A stretch of 63,764 nt of DNA, counting the filler. It is 7 parts of 7 records of this genome, joined end to end, with 100 filler letters (N's around TTAATTAATTAA, not from the genome) between each part and the next. Parts side by side here need not be neighbours in the genome. Positions count along the whole stretch, not along the records: positions 58,162 to 63,764 come from SRR31156797_8559; 6 more parts are not named here. One strand, 5' to 3'. The notes beneath the pieces are model-generated. The model made no database searches and was not told where the DNA came from. It saw nothing but the letters and a program-made list of their open reading frames with translations. The position numbers were made by a program, and so were the translations under genes. Below, piece by piece: positions 59,534-63,764 of this stretch. Every line of letters begins with the position of its first letter. Position 1 is the first letter of the stretch.

Positions 59534-60861
59534 TAAGGGCCAAATACGACTTTGGGCAACCAGGTGGCTAACTGGGGGAAAAGCACCACAATGGTCAACC
59601 CGATAATCTGAACAATAACGAAAGGAATAATCCCCCTATATATGTGCCCGGTGGATATTTCCGGCGGAGTAACCGCTTTCAAATAAAACAGCGAAAACCC
59701 GAAAGGGGGTGTCATGAACGACGTCTGCAGGTTCACTGCGATCAGAACGCAGAACCATACCGGATCAAATCCGAACTCGATCATAATTGGGGCCAATACG
59801 GGTACATGGATGAAGGTAATCTCAATAAAATCCAGGAAAAAGCCGATCACGAAAATCAGTGCCATGACAATGGCCAGAACCACATTATGGCTGTACTGGG
59901 CAGCCAGCCCTCCGAGAAAATCCCGAACCAGGCCATCGCCACCTAAACCTCTGAACACCAGGCCGAAAACAGCGGCGCCACAAAGGATGATGAACACCAT
60001 GCAGGTCAAACGCACGGTCGTCTGCATCACCTCCTGAAGAATATTTATGGAAAATTTACGGTTGGCAATGGTCAGGATAGTGGCACCCACGGCACCCACG
60101 GCGGCCGCTTCCGTCGGGGAAGCGATGCCGGCAAAGATAGACCCCAGGACTGCGACCATCAGAAACAGTGGCGGAAATAATGCTTTGCCTACACGGGCCA
60201 TTAGCTGGGCACCTGAGATGGCGTCCAGTTCCGCTTTCGGCATTGCCGGTGCCCACTCGGGACGTAACCAGGATATGATAACTATATATAGAACAAACAG
60301 CCCTACCAACAGCAGACCGGGAAAAACAGCCCCCATGAAGAGGTCCCCAACGGAAACCCCGACGATATCTCCGATGAGCACCAAAACAATGCTTGGAGGA
60401 ATAATCTGGCCAAGGGTTCCGGAAGCGGAAACCGTCCCGGTTGCCAGCTCCTTTTGGTAACCGCGCCGCAACATGGTGGGGACAGCCAGAAGCCCCATGG
60501 TCACCACCGTTGCCCCGACAATCCCGGTGGAAGCCCCCAAAAGGGCTCCGACAACCACGACGGAGATGGCAAGGCCGCCCCGCATTCGTCCGAATAAAAG
60601 CCCCATCGTGTCAAGAAGTTCTTCGGCCAGGCCGGAACGTTCCAACATGACACCCATGAAAACAAATAGGGGTACGGCGATCAGGGTTACATTGGTCATC
60701 ACCCCCCAGATACGCAGGGGCAGCAGGTTAAAAAACGACCAGCCGAACCCGATCAACCCAAAGCACAATGCCGTCCCCATTAGTGTAAAGGTAACCGGAA
60801 AACCGACCATCAACAAAATTGTCAGGGCCAGAAACATCCATGCAGGTAAAAACTCCATCAA
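59533..60861 (-). CDS. dctM: TRAP transporter large permease
   Basis: AVPLFVFMG, GTLGQIIPPS, PTEAAAVG, SFMTPPFG; many TM segments. Confidence 0.93.
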   Translation of the reverse strand: MMEFLPAWMFLALTILLMVGFPVTFTLMGTALCFGLIGFGWSFFNLLPLRIWGVMTNVTLIAVPLFVFMGVMLERSGLAEELLDTMGLLFGRMRGGLAISVVVVGALLGASTGIVGATVVTMGLLAVPTMLRRGYQKELATGTVSASGTLGQIIPPSIVLVLIGDIVGVSVGDLFMGAVFPGLLLVGLFVLYIVIISWLRPEWAPAMPKAELDAISGAQLMARVGKALFPPLFLMVAVLGSIFAGIASPTEAAAVGAVGATILTIANRKFSINILQEVMQTTVRLTCMVFIILCGAAVFGLVFRGLGGDGLVRDFLGGLAAQYSHNVVLAIVMALIFVIGFFLDFIEITFIHVPVLAPIMIEFGFDPVWFCVLIAVNLQTSFMTPPFGFSLFYLKAVTPPEISTGHIYRGIIPFVIVQIIGLTIVVLFPQLATWLPKVVFGP

Positions 60862-61391
60862 GCATTCTCCTCTTCAACGTTCTCAACACCCATAATCTGC
60901 AACAGCGAATGGAGTCCCATGGACAATCCTTGAAGCAACAACAGAGAATATCCCACGGTCATGAAGCTTTTCACGATAAACCGGAAGGGAATTCCGCCGG
61001 GATCCGGCGAACCTTCCAGCATGGAGAACGAATTCCCAACAAATTTCCACGATGTGACAATGACCAGATAACAACCGGGAATGAGAAAAAAAATCACTCC
61101 AATCAGGTTCACCCAGGCCCGTCCTTTCATGTTGAGCCGTTGATAGATGATATCGACGCGCACATGGCCGTCATGAAGCAACGTGTATCCGGCCCCTATG
61201 AGAAAAATAAAGGCAAAAAGGTGCCATTCCATCTCCTGGGTGAAAACAAAACTGGTTTTGAAAAGGTAGCGCATCACCACATCCACAAAAACCACCAACA
61301 CCAACAGCAACGTAACCCAGGAAACCAGGCGCCCCACTGTTTCATTCGTTTTGTCAACGGCACCGCAAAACAATTTGATCAAATCTACCAT
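60858..61391 (-). CDS. dctQ: TRAP transporter small permease
   Basis: Four TM segments, VMRYLF, QEMEWH, HVRVD. Confidence 0.92.
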   Translation of the reverse strand: MVDLIKLFCGAVDKTNETVGRLVSWVTLLLVLVVFVDVVMRYLFKTSFVFTQEMEWHLFAFIFLIGAGYTLLHDGHVRVDIIYQRLNMKGRAWVNLIGVIFFLIPGCYLVIVTSWKFVGNSFSMLEGSPDPGGIPFRFIVKSFMTVGYSLLLLQGLSMGLHSLLQIMGVENVEEENA

Positions 61392-62159
61392 AGTAAACGC
61401 CTCAAGAGGAACATCGTCACTGAAACCTGCTCAAAAACATCCGAAATTGGCAAACGTCCGAGAAAATTAGTATAAGTCTCGGTTCTTGTCAATATTCATA
61501 AAAAAATGAATGGGGTTCACCGACCCACAGCATGGTGTACAAGTTTTCAGTTTCGTTGAATGGGTTTACTTTTTCCTCGCTCCCCCTGCTCCCAAAAAGG
61601 TTTTGAACATTTTTGCAACAATTCGTTTTTTTTACGACAATGCTGTCATCAAAAAGACCAAAGAAAAATCACCCCCTATAATTCCATAAAAACAACCGCA
61701 TGACAAAAGCAACGCAATATGAAATTAGCATTTAATCATAACTCATCTATTGACAAACAAACTGTCTAACAGATAAGAAGAATCCTTGGTTTTCCGCCTT
61801 TGGGAAGTGGGGAGCCGGAGTGGCCGCAATGGCCCTCTTCGTCTTTTTTACAATCTGTTTTTCCGTCAAACAAATTCGCTGTTTTAGTGTATCTTTAAGG
61901 GCTGACTTGTCTATGATGCGTTGGATAAACACGAGAAATGATCATTGTGTTGACCGTAGCGGATTTTTATGCCCGACCCATCCTGCCTTTTGTTTCTTAT
62001 CTACCGTTTGTAGATATCTATATATATTAGAAAAAAATTATTACGAAAGGGGGCCTAAGATTTTATGACAGGCCGAGTATCTGCGCTGGGCCTAGATCCA
62101 CAATCTTGATGCGGTATCCAACCTCAATCATTAACCGGTAGCTGATAAGGAGGTAAGCT

Positions 62160-63734
62160 TTGAGTTTTGAATTTTATAAAGAATCTTATGCAGGTGAGAT
62201 AAAGGCAATCTCCATCGGTGCTGGCGACAAAGCCATCACCGTTGGCGGTGAAACCTGCTATCCCTTCTATCAGTTTGAGGGGGACATGCCCCACAAGCCG
62301 ATAGTTGCTATGGAAATCTGGGATATGGAGCCGGACGAATGGGCTCCTGCTGCACTTGAGCCTTTCAAGGACGTTATGTCCGATCCTGCCGCCTGGGCGA
62401 AAAAGTGCGTAGAGGAATACGGCGCCGAAGTGATCGTTCTCCAGTTGAAAAGCATCGACCCCAATGGCAACGATGCCAGCCCTGCGGATGCATCCGCCAC
62501 GGTGAAAAAAGTGCTGGGCGCCATTGACGTTCCTTTGGTCGTATGGGGAATGGCCAACCACGAAAAAGACGAAGCGGTCTTCAAGCAAATTGCCGAAGAT
62601 TGCCAGGATGTCCAATTGACTTTAGGACCCGTGGAGGACAAAAACCACAAGGGTATTGGCGCTGCAGCCATGGGATATGGCCACGTACTGATCAGCTCTT
62701 CTCCCATCGATGTGAACCTCGCCAAACAGGTTAATATTTTGTTGGAAAACCTGGGAATGCCCATGGATCGGGTGCTCATCGACCCCACCACCGGCGGCCT
62801 GGGCTACGGCCTGGAGTACAGCTACTCCGTCATGGAACGTCTGCGCATGGCCGCTATGGCCCAGGGCGATGACAAACTCCAGATGCCCATTATCAACAAC
62901 CTGGCCAATGAAGTGTGGAAGTGCAAGGAAGCCAAACAGTCGGTTGAAGACGCCCCGACCCTGGGAGATCCGGAAAGACGTGGCATCCTCATGGAAGCTG
63001 TCGGTGCGGTGACCTACCTTATGGCTGGATCCGACATCCTGGTCATGCGTCATCCAGAAGCCATCCGGATGGTAAAATCTTACATCGACCTCATGATGGA
63101 CGGTGGTAGCGCTTCCGATATTGACGCCATCGCAAAAAAACTGGATGGGGTTTCCGTCGACCTGGCCGCTCTGGCACCAGAGCCGGACCTGACCGTCGAA
63201 GAAGAGAAGAAGGCTGCACCTGATGCCAAGGCTGCACCCAAGGCTGCGGCCAAACCGGCCGCCAAACCAGCCGCCAAGCCAGCCGCGAAACAGGCTGCAG
63301 AGAAGAAAGCGGAACCGGCTCCTGCAGCAGCTGCTGCACCAGCAGCCGATCCCGAAGCTGAGGCAAAAGCAAAAGCTGAAGCTGAAGCCAAAGCCAAGGC
63401 AGATGCTGCTGCAAAAGCGGAAGCGGATGCCAAAGCCAAAGCCGAAGCGGATGCCAAGGCCAAAGCAGATGCTGAAGCCAAAGCAAAAGCCGAAGCCGCC
63501 GCCAAGGCCAAAGCGGAAGAAGAAGCCAAAGCCAAAGAGGCTGCTGATCGAGAAGCTGCCGAGGACGAACTTCGTCAAAAACGGGCTGCCGAACGCGCTA
63601 AAATGGACGCTAAACGCGCCGCTTCCCACACCGACGAGGTCATTCCCATGACAGCAGCAGCGGAACAAAAGACAGAATCCGACAAGATTCTCGACAAATT
63701 GCAGTGGGTGCATCGACGCGTTCCGCTTTACTAA
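62160..63734 (+). CDS. acsD: Corrinoid Fe-S protein small subunit (acetyl-CoA synthase complex delta) with long Ala/Lys/Glu-rich tail
   Basis: VGGE..PF..FEG, DPAAWAKKCV, SPIDVNLAKQ, GLGYGLEYSYS, MRHP; TTG start behind AAGGAGG. Confidence 0.93.
   Translation: MSFEFYKESYAGEIKAISIGAGDKAITVGGETCYPFYQFEGDMPHKPIVAMEIWDMEPDEWAPAALEPFKDVMSDPAAWAKKCVEEYGAEVIVLQLKSIDPNGNDASPADASATVKKVLGAIDVPLVVWGMANHEKDEAVFKQIAEDCQDVQLTLGPVEDKNHKGIGAAAMGYGHVLISSSPIDVNLAKQVNILLENLGMPMDRVLIDPTTGGLGYGLEYSYSVMERLRMAAMAQGDDKLQMPIINNLANEVWKCKEAKQSVEDAPTLGDPERRGILMEAVGAVTYLMAGSDILVMRHPEAIRMVKSYIDLMMDGGSASDIDAIAKKLDGVSVDLAALAPEPDLTVEEEKKAAPDAKAAPKAAAKPAAKPAAKPAAKQAAEKKAEPAPAAAAAPAADPEAEAKAKAEAEAKAKADAAAKAEADAKAKAEADAKAKADAEAKAKAEAAAKAKAEEEAKAKEAADREAAEDELRQKRAAERAKMDAKRAASHTDEVIPMTAAAEQKTESDKILDKLQWVHRRVPLY
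63249..63535 (+). repeat. Coding tandem repeats in the acsD tail
   Basis: Four 12-bp units encoding AKPA (63249-63296), then imperfect AKAKAEA(D/E) units. Confidence 0.8.
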
Positions 63735-63764
63735 TGCATTGAAACGTTAACATTTGCCAAAACA

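Noticed and set aside
62622..63713. Long antisense and alternate-frame ORFs over acsD (363, 151, 131 and 142 aa)
   Set aside because: Shadow frames of a repetitive Ala/Lys/Glu coding tract that is poor in stop codons.

Overview
This window is not one genome. It is seven unrelated contigs joined by artificial 100-bp spacers (N-run, TTAATTAATTAA, N-run) at 7463-7562, 24961-25060, 33996-34095, 40756-40855, 50581-50680 and 58062-58161. Taxon labels are inferred from gene content and composition. (1) 1-7462: AT-rich, Arcobacter-like; EnvC-like protein, CxxCH-bearing diguanylate cyclase, PAS/GAF kinase, methyltransferase. (2) 7563-24960: Vibrio-like core region, panC-panB-folK-pcnB-gluQ-dksA-sfsA / hrpB-mrcB-patatin-acnB-yacL-glnK-amtB. 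(3) 25061-33995: low-GC bacterium; XylFII/LytS/YesN/XylF-like sugar-sensing locus and a GH13 lipoprotein. (4) 34096-40755: Desulfobacterales-like; CBS proteins, DGC, pyrD, leuA, cimA. (5) 40856-50580: Bacteroidota; T9SS cargo, a candidate effector-immunity pair, an exported AGE-family enzyme, alpha-2-macroglobulin. (6) 50681-58061: Desulfobacterota; hdrB, hdrA-mvhD fusion, dead IS, VapBC-type TA pair, PqqD/RRE plus HprK-like kinase. (7) 58162-63764: Desulfobacterales-like; TRAP transporter and acsD/cdhD with a long tail. No rRNA, tRNA or CRISPR array was seen. Best candidates for novelty: a NAGPA-domain protein with an injection-effector-like N-terminus coupled to a small membrane protein; a T9SS-type AGE/epimerase homolog with altered active-site motifs; a 142-bp rod-folding MITE inserted at a stop codon; and a PqqD-HprK module. 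All family assignments come from motif recognition by eye, not database searches.
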